64,000 bases of DNA from Adineta vaga (lineage: Eukaryota; Animalia; Rotifera). Where the stretch lies: NCBI GenBank assembly GCA_021613535.1, contig CP075492.1, positions 18,104,001 to 18,168,000 on the forward strand, read 5' to 3'. The position numbers and the translations under genes are program-made. The notes under the pieces were generated by a model that saw only the letters and a list, made by a program, of their open reading frames with translations, did no database searches and was not told where the DNA came from. This document shows, piece by piece, positions 25,522 through 37,306 of the stretch (the stretch's first letter is position 1; every line of letters begins with the position of its first letter).

Positions 25522-26146
25522 CACAACTACATCGTTTTATTTTCTCGTCATCTACACAATAAAATTCATTATCTCAACAAAATTCTTGTAGTTTGTTCTA
25601 CATCATCAGACTTTTACTTTTTTGTCTTTCTTTTTCTTGTGATTTATTATTCATATCGTCACAATAAAACAATTCTAAAAATCTTTACACAAAATCAATA
25701 TATCCGAAAACACGCAACTACAAAAATTAACACTTATTTTAAAGTAAATCGAGTTTTTTCTAAAGAAAAATGCATATGAGCAATTTTCTAACCTATCTAA
25801 ACTACAACAACACTCCGAGTCACAAAAGATTCACTCGTACCATTATATCTTCTTTAACATTCATAATTTTGGTCATGTTGGTTTCAAACATATTCTTTCA
25901 TAGTAGTACCAATTACTAAGACGACACTCATCATAATATTCAAAAACAAACTTCCATCATGAGAAGCATAAATTCCGCTTAATACCAAAACTAGAACCGC
26001 CACAGGCGCGTATATAAAAGTATACCTTAACTACTTCAAACTTTTACCTCCAAAATCGTGTCAATACACTACACAATAGCACATGATGGTTAAAGTTCAC
26101 CAGTTCTAAACTACACACCCACAAGTATAGACAGTGTATGCAAACA

Positions 26147-26683
26147 CATGAGAATACATGACAACCGATTCTAGCTGAAAAGGGGAAAGTAGGGTCAATA
26201 CATGAGAATACAAGACGACCGATTCTAGCTGAAAAGGGGAAAGTAGGGTCAATACATGGCAATACAAGGCAATACATGAGAATACAAGACAACCGATTCT
26301 AGCTGAAAAGGGGAAAGTAGGGTCAATACATGGCAATACAAGGCAATACATGAGAATACAAGACAACCGATTCTAGCTGAAAAGGGGAAAGTAGGGTCAA
26401 TACATGACAATACATGACAACCGATTCTAGCTGAAAAGGGGAAAGTAGGGTCAATACATGGCAATACAAGGCAATACATGAGAATACAAGACAACCGATT
26501 CTAGCTGAAAAGGGGAAAGTAGGGTCAATACATGGCAATACAAGGCAATACATGAGAATACAAGACAACCGATTCTAGCTGAAAAGGGGAAAGTAGGGTC
26601 AATACATGGCAATACAAGGCAATACATGACAATACATGACAACCGATTCTAGCTGAAAAGGGGAAAGTAGGGTCAATACATGA
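26147..26683 (-). repeat. Right subterminal repeat array, inverted relative to the left array
   Basis: Eight copies of CCGATTCTAGCTGAAAAGGGGAAAGTAGGGT at 54- or 74-bp spacing, with (CAATACATGN)-type 10-mers between them. Confidence 0.92.
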
Positions 26684-26742
26684 TAGTGTATAAAAGCTAT
26701 AAAAAGTAAAGTACAAGTTGTATTTGTATTTGCGCAGCCCTC

Positions 26743-26750
26743 GTTTAGTA
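26743..26750. repeat. Right 8-bp target-site duplication GTTTAGTA
   Basis: Identical to 10625-10632. Confidence 0.95.
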
Positions 26751-29700
26751 TGTATAGAGGATACGAAAAACTTAAATATGCTTGGGTTAATGCTTCTCTT
26801 TTCCACTTGTCGTATTCATCATACATCGATTCCAGCTGAGGACAAACGATTATTCTATTGTGACAGATCGATGAAATTCATTTCAAAACATCGAGTAATG
26901 GATACTCATTTCGATTGTTTATACGAAGAAGACGAAGTCTCCACGTTAAATACTACCGTTATAAATAGTCTCAATCTGACATATCATTTTAAATGTGCAG
27001 AAACTGATCAATGGCTTCCACGGCCACTAGTCACTAGCGGCTTCTGTCAAGATAACTCCGATAGATTGTACATCGGAAGTTGCAAAACAGCATTTGATAT
27101 AGGTTGTCAATTCTTACGAGGTCTTGGTTCACACCCTGTAGATTATCTATTTCAAGAAAATTGTAACGGTGTTTTGAAGTTAACGTTTTCGAAAGAAAAT
27201 GAAACAGACGAAACAAGCTGTAACGAATGGCCATGGCCAATGTATCGACGATGTGACGGTCACTGGGATACCAGTGATGGAGAGGACGAATTGAATTGTT
27301 CAAACACAATTCTTTCACACATCACACATACTATTTTAAAATGTAGCATGACCGAACATTATTGTGCGCATCGAAATAAAGCTATTGGTTGTCTAGCAAA
27401 AGAGCGTGCTGGAGACGGGATTGTCGATTGTTTAGGAAAAACCGACGAAAGAGTAATATCATGTGCTCTTTCATATCCTCTTCATTCGTTTACATGTTCG
27501 AATGGCGATTGCGTAAGGTTAGCTAATCTCTGTGATGGACATAATGACTGTCCCAATGGCGACGACGAACTTGTTTGTTCTTGGATCGTCTTCAATGTGT
27601 GCAAACCCTCTGAGTTCCAGTGCGAATCATTTTGCATTCCAAGAGCGAGACAATGTGATGGCTTCATCGACTGTCCATCGAATGGCGAAGACGAATGGTT
27701 CTGCGATCTTGGATATCGAAGAATACCACAATTCTCTCTAGATACAGTTGAAAAATACCCTCCCGTTAGCGATGCGCCACGATTGATGACTGCGACTGTT
27801 TCTCATCAGCTCATATCAATACCACTCATTATCTCAACTAAAAGTAGAAATATCAATCTACTGAATCGATGGTTCTGTAATCAGGGTATAATTGTCACAA
27901 AAAGATCGTTAAATGTTGAATGTTTATGTCCACCTAGTTACTATGGTCCAAGGTGTCAATACCAAGCAGAGCGTTTATTGATTACTATTCGAATTGATAC
28001 ACCAGCTAGTCTAAGTCGACATAAAAATCAACAAAATGTCATTCGATTAGTCGCTTGTTTGCTGCTTGATAATACAGTCGCTCATCATGAGCAAATTTTA
28101 CATGAAACTTTAATGAAACAAATGTTCTATCTTAACTACCCACGACCGCCGCCAAAACAGCGTGGTAACTGGTCTGTTCGTATCGATGCATTTTCTGTGA
28201 CCAAATTCAATGTCGCTTTTCATGCATCGTGGTTATTCGATGTTCCATTTTCGTTTCTTCCTGTTAATCGACTCGTATTGCATGTTACACTGAAAGATCA
28301 CAAAGCTTGTAACACACTCATTTGCGTTCATGGTAGTTGCAAGAGATATTTGAATTCACCATATCGTGAATATTGTCAGTGTGAAGAGAACTATTCGGGA
28401 GATCGATGCAATGTCACAGCCAGATGCGCATGCGCTTACGGTGGAAAATGTGCCAATCAACATTCAACATTGATTTGTGTCTGCCCTCTTGGTCGTACAG
28501 GTAGCGAATGTCGCGTTTCGTTCGATCCGTGTAGTCATATCGACTGTCAACATGGTGGAACGTGTCTGCCGTTGGATGAACGACAGTCAACGAAGTTGTT
28601 CATTTGTTCATGTCGCACTGGATATTACGGATCTCGTTGTGAACATGCTGATGCTAAAATTCAGATTCATTTCTCGAAATCTCTTTTCCATCATAATCTA
28701 CCGCTGTCTGTCGCTGTTTTCGTTCATTTTCTCGTGCTACAGAATAACTCGCCTGGCATTTTGTTTGTTCAAAACCGGTTTTTATATCAAAAAGTACAGC
28801 TAAATAAACCACTCAATGTTTTTAACAAGAATCAAAAGTATCTTTCAAGTTTTATTCTTCTTCAAATCTTCTTCGAACCGGATAATTACGGCTATTACAT
28901 CGCGGGAATTATCAAAAGCAATATGACGACCATCGTTACAACAGTTCACGAGTGGAATCGATGTCTGCACGTTGATAAACTGCTTCTAAATGCAACCATT
29001 CGTAGTTTTCCGTCAAGAAAAAAAGTGAAATATTATGGCCGTGCTTGTGAAGTGAGCAGCAGTATCAGATGGTTCCATGATGAAGCGTATCTATGTTTTT
29101 GTAACAAAGATCGTATCCCCGATTGTCTCTATTTTCAAGAAGAAGATACACAATGTACAACAAATTATTGTCAAAACAATGGTAGATGTGTACAGAACAA
29201 TTTCGATGGTATTTGGGACTTCGGCTGTGTATGCGATGGATGTACCTACGGGTCACTATGCCAGCTGACAACATCACAGTACACGCTCTCGTTAGATGCC
29301 ATGCTTGGCCAAGACATTCTAGAAAATGCGTCACTTACAAATCAACCCGTTTTGATAAAATTAGTATTGGCAGTAATTGTTCTAATGCTCTCTCTTGGAT
29401 TTTTGTCGAACATACTGGCGTTTATAACATTCAAACAACCAAAGGTTCAAGAATTTGGTTGTGGTATGTATCTTCTCTGTCTCCCTTTAATCGGTCAATT
29501 AGGATTGTCAATATTTGCTAGTCGATTCTTTTACCTGTTGGTAACACAGATTTACAATGTTAATAATCGTTTTGCTGTTCATTGGGGTTGTGTCGTGTTG
29601 GAATATTTACTCAGCGTATGTCCAATGCTGTTTGATTGGTTAACAGCGTGTGTCGCAGTGGAACGAAGCGTTAATATTATTAAGGGCGCCTCTTTCAGAA

Positions 29701-30284
29701 AAGGTGACAGTGTCTGGTGGGCTAAGCGCATCATTCTTGTCCTCGTAGTTGTTGTTTTGAGTAGTGCATGGCATGAGCCATTTATTCGTCATCTGATCGA
29801 TGATCCACGAGCTACCGTTCAGCACACATGGTGCGTAGTTAGATTTCGGTGGGTCTGGCTCGAACACTATCGTTTAATCATTAATATAATTAATCTTATT
29901 GTCCCTGTGTCGATAAACTTAGTGGCTACGGTGTTTTTATTACACAAATCAACACGAATGAAACAGACATTAGTTCATAGAACAATCGATAAAAACTATC
30001 TCACGATATTCAAGACACAGATTCCTCTATATGGAAGTCCACTTGGATTGATTTTGCTCAGTACGATGCGGCTGATATTCTCGTTCACACTGGTCTGTAT
30101 AATTCATCAGTGGCAGAAGTATATCTATTTAACGGCATATTTTATTTCATTTGTTCCAAAGATGGGTACATTCCCTATTTTTGTGTTGCCAGCCAAGATC
30201 TACAAAGCTGAGTTCAAGAGCTGTATTCAAAGATCGAAAAGAACATTAGTTGTTTTATCTCGATCCAATGCTCTTAGAAAATAG
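26751..30284 (+). CDS. 3' half of the interrupted LDLa/EGF-repeat 7TM receptor
   Basis: Resumes in frame (CIEDTKNL...). LDLa repeats, EGF repeats (CLCPPSYYGPRCQY), then a rhodopsin-like 7TM region (CVAVERS). Collinear with the paralog at 56363-61282. Confidence 0.9.
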   Translation, partial: CIEDTKNLNMLGLMLLFSTCRIHHTSIPAEDKRLFYCDRSMKFISKHRVMDTHFDCLYEEDEVSTLNTTVINSLNLTYHFKCAETDQWLPRPLVTSGFCQDNSDRLYIGSCKTAFDIGCQFLRGLGSHPVDYLFQENCNGVLKLTFSKENETDETSCNEWPWPMYRRCDGHWDTSDGEDELNCSNTILSHITHTILKCSMTEHYCAHRNKAIGCLAKERAGDGIVDCLGKTDERVISCALSYPLHSFTCSNGDCVRLANLCDGHNDCPNGDDELVCSWIVFNVCKPSEFQCESFCIPRARQCDGFIDCPSNGEDEWFCDLGYRRIPQFSLDTVEKYPPVSDAPRLMTATVSHQLISIPLIISTKSRNINLLNRWFCNQGIIVTKRSLNVECLCPPSYYGPRCQYQAERLLITIRIDTPASLSRHKNQQNVIRLVACLLLDNTVAHHEQILHETLMKQMFYLNYPRPPPKQRGNWSVRIDAFSVTKFNVAFHASWLFDVPFSFLPVNRLVLHVTLKDHKACNTLICVHGSCKRYLNSPYREYCQCEENYSGDRCNVTARCACAYGGKCANQHSTLICVCPLGRTGSECRVSFDPCSHIDCQHGGTCLPLDERQSTKLFICSCRTGYYGSRCEHADAKIQIHFSKSLFHHNLPLSVAVFVHFLVLQNNSPGILFVQNRFLYQKVQLNKPLNVFNKNQKYLSSFILLQIFFEPDNYGYYIAGIIKSNMTTIVTTVHEWNRCLHVDKLLLNATIRSFPSRKKVKYYGRACEVSSSIRWFHDEAYLCFCNKDRIPDCLYFQEEDTQCTTNYCQNNGRCVQNNFDGIWDFGCVCDGCTYGSLCQLTTSQYTLSLDAMLGQDILENASLTNQPVLIKLVLAVIVLMLSLGFLSNILAFITFKQPKVQEFGCGMYLLCLPLIGQLGLSIFASRFFYLLVTQIYNVNNRFAVHWGCVVLEYLLSVCPMLFDWLTACVAVERSVNIIKGASFRKGDSVWWAKRIILVLVVVVLSSAWHEPFIRHLIDDPRATVQHTWCVVRFRWVWLEHYRLIINIINLIVPVSINLVATVFLLHKSTRMKQTLVHRTIDKNYLTIFKTQIPLYGSPLGLILLSTMRLIFSFTLVCIIHQWQKYIYLTAYFISFVPKMGTFPIFVLPAKIYKAEFKSCIQRSKRTLVVLSRSNALRK

Positions 30285-30312
30285 TTTCAAAATTAATTTG
30301 AACCCTTTGACT

Positions 30313-30405
30313 GGGTGAGAGTGAGGCTGTGTGGATATTATATCAATATAAGAATCACATCTATCCAGTTAGTTACACTCTTAATCTTGCCACACTCACA
30401 TCCTC
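30313..30405. repeat. Degenerate telomere-like hairpin between convergent genes
   Basis: GGGTGAGAGTGAGG...CACACTCACATCCTC|AAGAT. Confidence 0.5.
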
Positions 30406-30602
30406 AAGATTTTTCTTAAAAGTATCATGAAATTATACACAAGGAATAGGAATCAAAGCGTATTCTAATTAATGAATTCAACGTGTTTTCGGAAGAAATG
30501 AAGATATTGTACATCCGATTATTTATTTTGGTGAAAGAATAGAAAAACAAACTATAAGAAGACATAAAAGTGAGAAATATGTATATCCTATATCTTGTTT
30601 AT

Positions 30603-33492
30603 TTATCGAGGTTGATAACCCATTAGATCGAATAATTTTGATAACTGAAATCGAAATGTTGATCGATATTCTGATCTTCCATAAAGAAAAATTATTGTTA
30701 AAAACCGCATTATTATACCAATAACCACCAGACAAGCTATTGATCTTTCATTATCTCCAAAAGAATAATGAATACTTAGAGCATCAATTTGAGTACTCCA
30801 CAAACTAATTGTCGACACGTTCTGAACATATTTTTCTGTGTCATAAATAAAAAGTTGTCGTTGAACATGTCTTGAAAATGATAGATAAACTAAATTGTGT
30901 AACATTTCACTTTTTGTTGGATTGAATCCACTAATAAAACAAGAGATGAGAGCAACTAATGTTGCTGCTAAATAAGCGTTTTCAGTTTTTTGGCAGGCAA
31001 CTGAGACAAATTGCCCAATACCTGAACAAGCAAAAGCCATGGCAAGTAATACTGAATAATAATCAGCAAAACTCGATCTTGGTATTATTTCAATATATAA
31101 CATGGTTAAAAATAACAAAGGATAAAGAAATAAATGAATTAAATCGACCAATGTTTTTGCTAACCAATATTGAATTGGATGATAAGAATTTCTTGTTTCT
31201 CTTATAAACGTTTTATCAACCATTTCTATACCAAATAAACGTTGACTAGTAATACATATTGCCATACCAAAGCCTAGACTAATCATTAAATAAATTGCTG
31301 ATGATGAATTGATGTTACAAGATTGTGCTTGATTTTGAAATAAACGACCAATAATTAAACCTAATAGGAAAAAAGCTAAAGCATACATAGCTTCGATTGC
31401 ATAATTTCGTTGAAACATCTGTACACACGTACGACGAATAACATAGATAATTGGCAAAAATGTTGATGGTATGTTTATTGATTTCAAATTAAATATAAAT
31501 GGATTTTTACATTTTAGTGGTGTAATTGATTGGTTTTCGATAGCTACTTTATTCGGATAATGAGCTAATGCATAAATACAAGAATCACAATCATTCTTTG
31601 ATTTGTATATTTGTTGATATTCTTCGCTACCTTCATTCAAATGAACTTGATTACGTAAATGTTGTAGGGCATCTTCTCGTCGACCATAATAAGCCAAATA
31701 ACAATCAGGATTAAGCAAAATCAAATGATCAATTTTCTGAAACAATTCATAACTTGGTTGATGTATAATTAAAATAATATTTACTGGATACAATCGATTT
31801 TGTTTGATAATATTCAATAATTTAAATACTTTATCACAAACAACAGTATCTAAACCTGATGTTGGCTCATCAAGTAATAAAATTTTTGGACAAGCAACAA
31901 TTTCCATGGCAATATTAACACGTTTTTTCTCTCCTATATAATAAAAAATAACAAAAACATAGGATATATATTGAATGAAACTATTTACCTCCGGATAATT
32001 TTTCAGTCATTGTATACGCTTTATGTGTCATATCTAATTTGTTTAAGACAAAATTGACATCATTTCGAATCGTTTGTCTATCATCTTTTAATCGTCGTGA
32101 ACGTGCCGAAAAATAGACAGTTTCGAAAACGGTTAAATCTGAATGCATCACATCTTCTTGTGGAACATAACCAACTAAATCAGAGAGCCATGTATGCAAT
32201 GGATGCCAATGACTATTTTTTTTACTTGTATCACTAATCACAATTTTACCATCTTTCTGCAAACTTTTTCGTCCTTGAATCGTATAGAGTAAACTTGTCT
32301 TTCCACATCCTGATTGACCCATAATACCATTTATTTGTCCACTTTGAATAGAAAATGTAAAGCCTTTATTAGATTTTTCCCATTTTGGTATATTCAATCT
32401 AGCATTTTCCAAATCAATTTTGAAACCATTATTGTTTGCTGTTGATAGATCTATAGGAATCTTAAAATAATCACTTGTCTCTTCTTGTTCTACAATATAT
32501 ATTTTCTTTCGTCGAATACTGTCTTCTAGAGAACAGCATGCGCAATGTTCATATATTCTTACTATACGTTGTATAATTTTTGCATTTACGACAAAACGAA
32601 GTAGAATTAAAAAGACGAGTGGAACTAAAACAATAACCATTGCTATAATAAAAATCCGAGCATTATCTAAAATACCATCTTGACACGTAAAGCCACTGGG
32701 ACAGACGATGGGATCTGTCACTCCTGATGGACAATAGACAGAATCCAAGTTTTTACATGATATTTTTGTGAATGAATTTGGACAGTAAGATCCAGATTGA
32801 CAGAAGCCTTCGATAGACGATCCACCACAGCCATGTTTATTGAACTGAGTAGGCACATTTTGTGGACAATCAACATCAGTGAGACAAAAGCCATTTTTTG
32901 GTATCAACGGTGATGGACAATACGCTGCATCACGACAAGGTATCATGCATGCTTGACCATCAGGACAAAAGTAACCTGGACAGCAAGAGAACAAAACTGT
33001 TTGTGATATGTTATTACTATTATTGACAAATGTTGAAAAGAAAAAACCAGGTTGACACGATAAACTAGAACACTTGGGATTATATAGAGTGACCGTTGCA
33101 TTTTGAAAGTTTTGATAGAATGCATTGATGACTGATGCATTACATAGATGTTGTGCTATAAACTGACTGTTAGAACAACGTAAATCTCCAGCTGAACATG
33201 CTGAATTATAAGACCATTCAAATTGATTTTGAGATGAATTACATTGTAGACAAGTATAAAGAGCATCACCATCTTTAAGACATAATTTGTCAATAAAACA
33301 ATAACCAGATGGTAGATTACACGTACTATTAAAACAATGCGAACAAATGCCACTGATATTCGTTGTGATTGTTGACATCAATTTATCATCATTTTTTAAA
33401 GAACTATATTTATGTTGAAATCGTGAAACGACCGATAATTGACAGTATGAACAGACAAAAGTTAAAGTCAGAATAATAATTACTGATGCCAT
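30603..33492 (-). CDS. ABCG half-transporter with N-terminal signal peptide and Cys-rich extracellular domain (ADP1 / plant ABCG24-28-like architecture)
   Basis: Walker A GQSGCGKT, Q-loop YVPQED, signature LSGG|GEKKR across intron 31988-31934, Walker B LLLDEPTSGLD, then the transmembrane domain. Confidence 0.88.
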
Positions 33493-34519
33493 AGATTGCT
33501 GTGTAGCTTAATGTAATTAAAATAATAGTCTAAAATGAATAAACAAAAAGAGAAACACGCATAAAATCGTATTGTGAATATTTCAAAGTGGAATAGAAGA
33601 ACATGCACGTTAATGATAAAATGGAACGGAATAATAGGAAAATTTAAAGTCATACGAGTCTCTTCGTTATACAGACATCGAATACCAAACGCCTCATCTC
33701 ATGGATTGACCCATATTATTACGTTTTCGACACCTGACATTCATCAAATGACTCGCAAAAAAAGTACATTCTGTTGCTGAAGAAAATATACAAAAAAAGT
33801 CTCATAGTTACCTGAGTAAAATGAGTAAATATTGTTTCTTGATAGTGCGCATGTGAGTAAATGGAATGACAGTACATTAAAATTTTACAGGAACTATAGG
33901 AACTTTCATCGATTCCATCTGATTATCCCTACATATTTGTAAGTCAACCTTATAAAGAATATTCTCAAAACTAAAACAAAAGAATCGTTTTCATGATATT
34001 TAATATCGACTTAATAAAAGAAATTTTACTATTATTTTCAATCGATTATGAAAGACTATATGGTGGTAATACAAAAAAATAACTTTCCTTCTCATGAAAA
34101 ACAAACTTATACGTATAAAATGAAACATGAATAATGCACGTTTATTCTTTCATGCAGTGCGTATGTGCTGAGCAAAAAGGTAAACAAATAAGAACATTTT
34201 ATTCGTCAGTTGTGCGGAGGGTGTAGGTGTAGATGAGATTTAGATGACATTTTGCTTATTGTCAGGATGCATTGGATAAAGAACTTTCTGTCTGATTTCT
34301 AGTGTTTTTCGATGATATACAATTGCATTCTGAGAATCGCCTAGTTTCCAATACACAGAGCTCATGTTGTTGTAAGAATAGACACGACTAGGATGGGTGT
34401 GGTGGGTGTGGGTGTGAATATTTCTTTTATCTCATATCCACACCCTAATGAAATTAAGTCATAAACTAGCTCTGAAATATTCTCAGAAAATGAATGGAAA
34501 TTTGTTTTTGTTTTTTAGC

Positions 34520-36710
34520 GGAGTTCTTTGAAGGTGATATACGTTTTCCTACTGACTCGACACTAACAGATGTAAGTTTATTAATATAATCAAATTTATC
34601 ATTATTAGTTGTATGATTTAGCGTGGTGCTTCAGTACCGTGGACAAATGGACTTGTACCCTATGAAATTTTACCAGGATACGGTAATTATTCTCTTTGAA
34701 GCATATGTATATATATTTTCTAAAAACAAATTTTGTTCATTAAAAGTCTATAAAGAAGCAATGTCATATAATTCATGTCGGTTTAAAATATGAAACACGA
34801 ACTAACTCCTGTTCCTCCTTCGATACTAAATCTATGTCATGATCTATAGGGAAAATGAGGCATTAGGTTCATATTTCTATTGTTTAACACTTCAATACTC
34901 ATTTTAATTCGTGTTTTACAAAAATGAAAAAATTCTTTTATTTCATAGGATATAATAGTCTTATATCCATCTCCTATTTCATCTTTTACTATGCATATAA
35001 GAAAATATTAGTATTGATCTTAAAATATTTTCTTCTAGCATCAACAGAACAATCATTTATTATTGCGACAATGCAAAACATGGAGCGATTAATAGCAATT
35101 AATAATTATAAATGTATTCAATTTCGACCAAAGACTTTATCTGATCCTTATTACATAAGTATTGTTAACGGAAATGGATGTTCATCTTATGTAGGAATTC
35201 TTTTTTTTTAAGAAACAAAATATGTTTCTTCTAATCGTTATTTCAGATCGGACAAAATACAGGCATTAATATGACACGTACCGTTACATTATAACATCCT
35301 GGATGCGTCGATGAGGCAAGAATATGCATGAATTAATTATATGCATTAGCTAATTTATCGAATATTTTCTATAAGTGAATAATCATATTTAAATAATATC
35401 ATCTAGAGAATGAATCAATTCTTCTGTTTTTATATTTTATTCTTTTGTAGTAAAAAATCGAATGGCACTATTTAGAAAAATGAAAATTCTCTTTCTATTC
35501 ATGTTATGCTGTAGAAAAAGAAATAACAGTTCTATATAGTTTGAATGAATGAATGAGCGTTGATCATATTTCTCTTTTTGAAACTAATTTCTATCGATTT
35601 TAATATGTCATCATATTCAAAATAAAAGAAATTATTTCTTCATAGGTTTCTTTCATGAACAATCACGACCAGATCGTGATAATTATGTCAAAATTAATTA
35701 TGCAAATATTCAAACAGGTAAATCTCTGAAGAAATCTTCATTTAAAAAAATATTTATGTATACTCTTCTTCTATAGGCATGGAACATAACTTTGATAAAT
35801 ATACTTATGCAGTTGTAAATACACAAAATACTTCCTATGATTATAAATCTGTTATGCATTATGAAACAGATGCTTTTTCATCAAATGGTCGTCCAACAAT
35901 AGAACCTCTTGTACCAAATACTCCCATTGGACAACGTGATAATATGAGTACAATCGATATACAAGAAGTTAAATTATTCTATAATTGTTCTACGAGTGTT
36001 GTTACATTACCGCCAATTCCAACAACGACAACAAGTGAGAGAACTTAAAATTTGAGTCAAGTTTTTTTAATCAAAAACTAGTTGATTAAATATAATTCAC
36101 TATCGAGTTTGAATCGAAAACGATCCATTAGTAAAATTATATATATATGAACGTCAATGTTGTTTTTAAGTTCATCTAATACACTATAGTTAACTGTCGA
36201 TAACATTTGATCTTTAACTTTAATACACATTCAATATATTATGTATATAAATATATGATTTAATACTTTCAGATCAATTCTATTCAATAGCTAATCTATA
36301 TATAATGAATATAACAATTGCATCATCATTGACAAGCACTAGTTCAAAATTCGCTCGTTTTAATGGTTCAGGATCAAATTACTATTATGATCAATATCGT
36401 ATAACTGTCCCTGTCACCGGTTCTTATGTGTTCACTAGTGTTAGTTCAATTAATACATATGGCTACTTTTATGGTACTCGTTCCGGATCTTCGAATTATT
36501 ATATAATTGCATATGATGACGATGGAGCTGATAGTAATCAATTTAAACTTCAAATGTATCTTCAGGCTACAACACAATATATAATGCGTGTAACAACATA
36601 TAATCAATATGTTACTGGAAACTATATTATAGTTGCATCAGGATTAAATAGAGTTACTATTCGAAGAGATGATGGAACATCAACAAATAGTAGTACTCAA
36701 GCAATTGGTG
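34520..36710 (+). pseudogene. Astacin (M12A) metalloprotease with C-terminal beta domain, apparently disabled
   Basis: Exons read EFFEGDI, WTNGLVPY, CIQFRP...GNGCSSY, GFFHEQSRPDRD and YDYKSVMHY. The exon at ~35247-35350 has an in-frame TAA and a frameshifted, altered HExxH motif. Confidence 0.7.
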
Positions 36711-36840
36711 AGTGAAATTTATAAAACTAATTTCATTGAAGAAATATTCTTCCAACTCAACTTTATTAGAAGAAAATGAAAATATTATATAGCTTGCCTT
36801 GTTTTCTCTTGCATGACATGGAGAATAAATCAAAAAAATT

Positions 36841-37071
36841 AGGGTGTGGGTGATGGCGTGGCTGAGGATCAAGAGGAGACATATCCACCCTCACCCACAC
36901 CCACACCCACCCTCACCCGAACCCAAAATCAAACCCTCACCCGAACCCAAAATCAAACCCTCACCCGAACCCAAAACCAAACCCGCACCCGAACCCATAA
37001 CCGAATCCGAACCCAAAACCGATCCGTTCGGTCCGAGTTACAAACTGAAGTTCGGGTTCGGTCCATGTCTA
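36841..37071. mobile_element. Telomere-like hairpin fused to a hAT-like terminus with 24-bp subterminal repeats
   Basis: AGGGTGTGGG...CCCTCACCCACACCCACACCC, then about three AAACCCTCACCCGAACCCAAAATC units, ending in GTTCGGGTTCGGTCCATGTCTA (TAGACATGGACCG on the minus strand). Confidence 0.55.
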
Positions 37072-37306
37072 CTCATCACTATCTCTCTTTTCTCTTAAAT
37101 ATCTGGTAAAGAATAAATAATAAAATTCTCGACAAACATTGGAGATAAGCTATTATGTTCTCAGGAAAAATATAACTAACCAATGAAAATTCTCGAACTC
37201 AGCTACAATAAGTCTTTATAAGGCTATGTACTCGCGATGATTCTGCACAACTCTCTCTCGATTTCAATTGATAAACCTACGTCGTCGAATCGTCAGCAAA
37301 GCTTAC

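Larger units (their letters stand above)
10633..26742 (+). mobile_element. 16.1-kb TIR DNA transposon encoding a KDZ transposase, PrimPol and a third gene, with an internal tandem array
   Basis: Left end CAGAGATGCGCAAATACAAATACAACTTGTA versus right end reverse complement GAGGGCTGCGCAAATACAAATACAACTTGTA: 28/31 identical with a 25-bp perfect core, and weaker similarity to about 42 bp. Also an 8-bp TSD, inverted subterminal arrays, and a host ORF restored by excision. Confidence 0.93.

Noticed and set aside
11044-26146. A separately bounded nested element inside the TIR shell
   Set aside because: I found no inner TIR pair or inner TSD by eye; this is not excluded without a dot plot.
10633-26742. 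Polinton/Maverick, Helitron or endogenous virus
   Set aside because: No protein-primed PolB, retroviral-type integrase, capsid, packaging ATPase or HUH-helicase was found, and the TSD is 8 bp, not the 6 bp of Polintons.
26718-26750. Listed start of the 1188-aa ORF as an independent gene
   Set aside because: The first 11 codons are TIR and TSD sequence; the real 5' half is at 9282-10632.
26044-26826. ORFs with CIDPTFPFSARIG repeats (also 10638-11081)
   Set aside because: Translations of the subterminal repeats.
36844-37109. Pro-rich and Thr-rich ORFs (also the GVGVG ORFs at 43255 and 47305)
   Set aside because: Translations of telomere-like and subterminal repeats.
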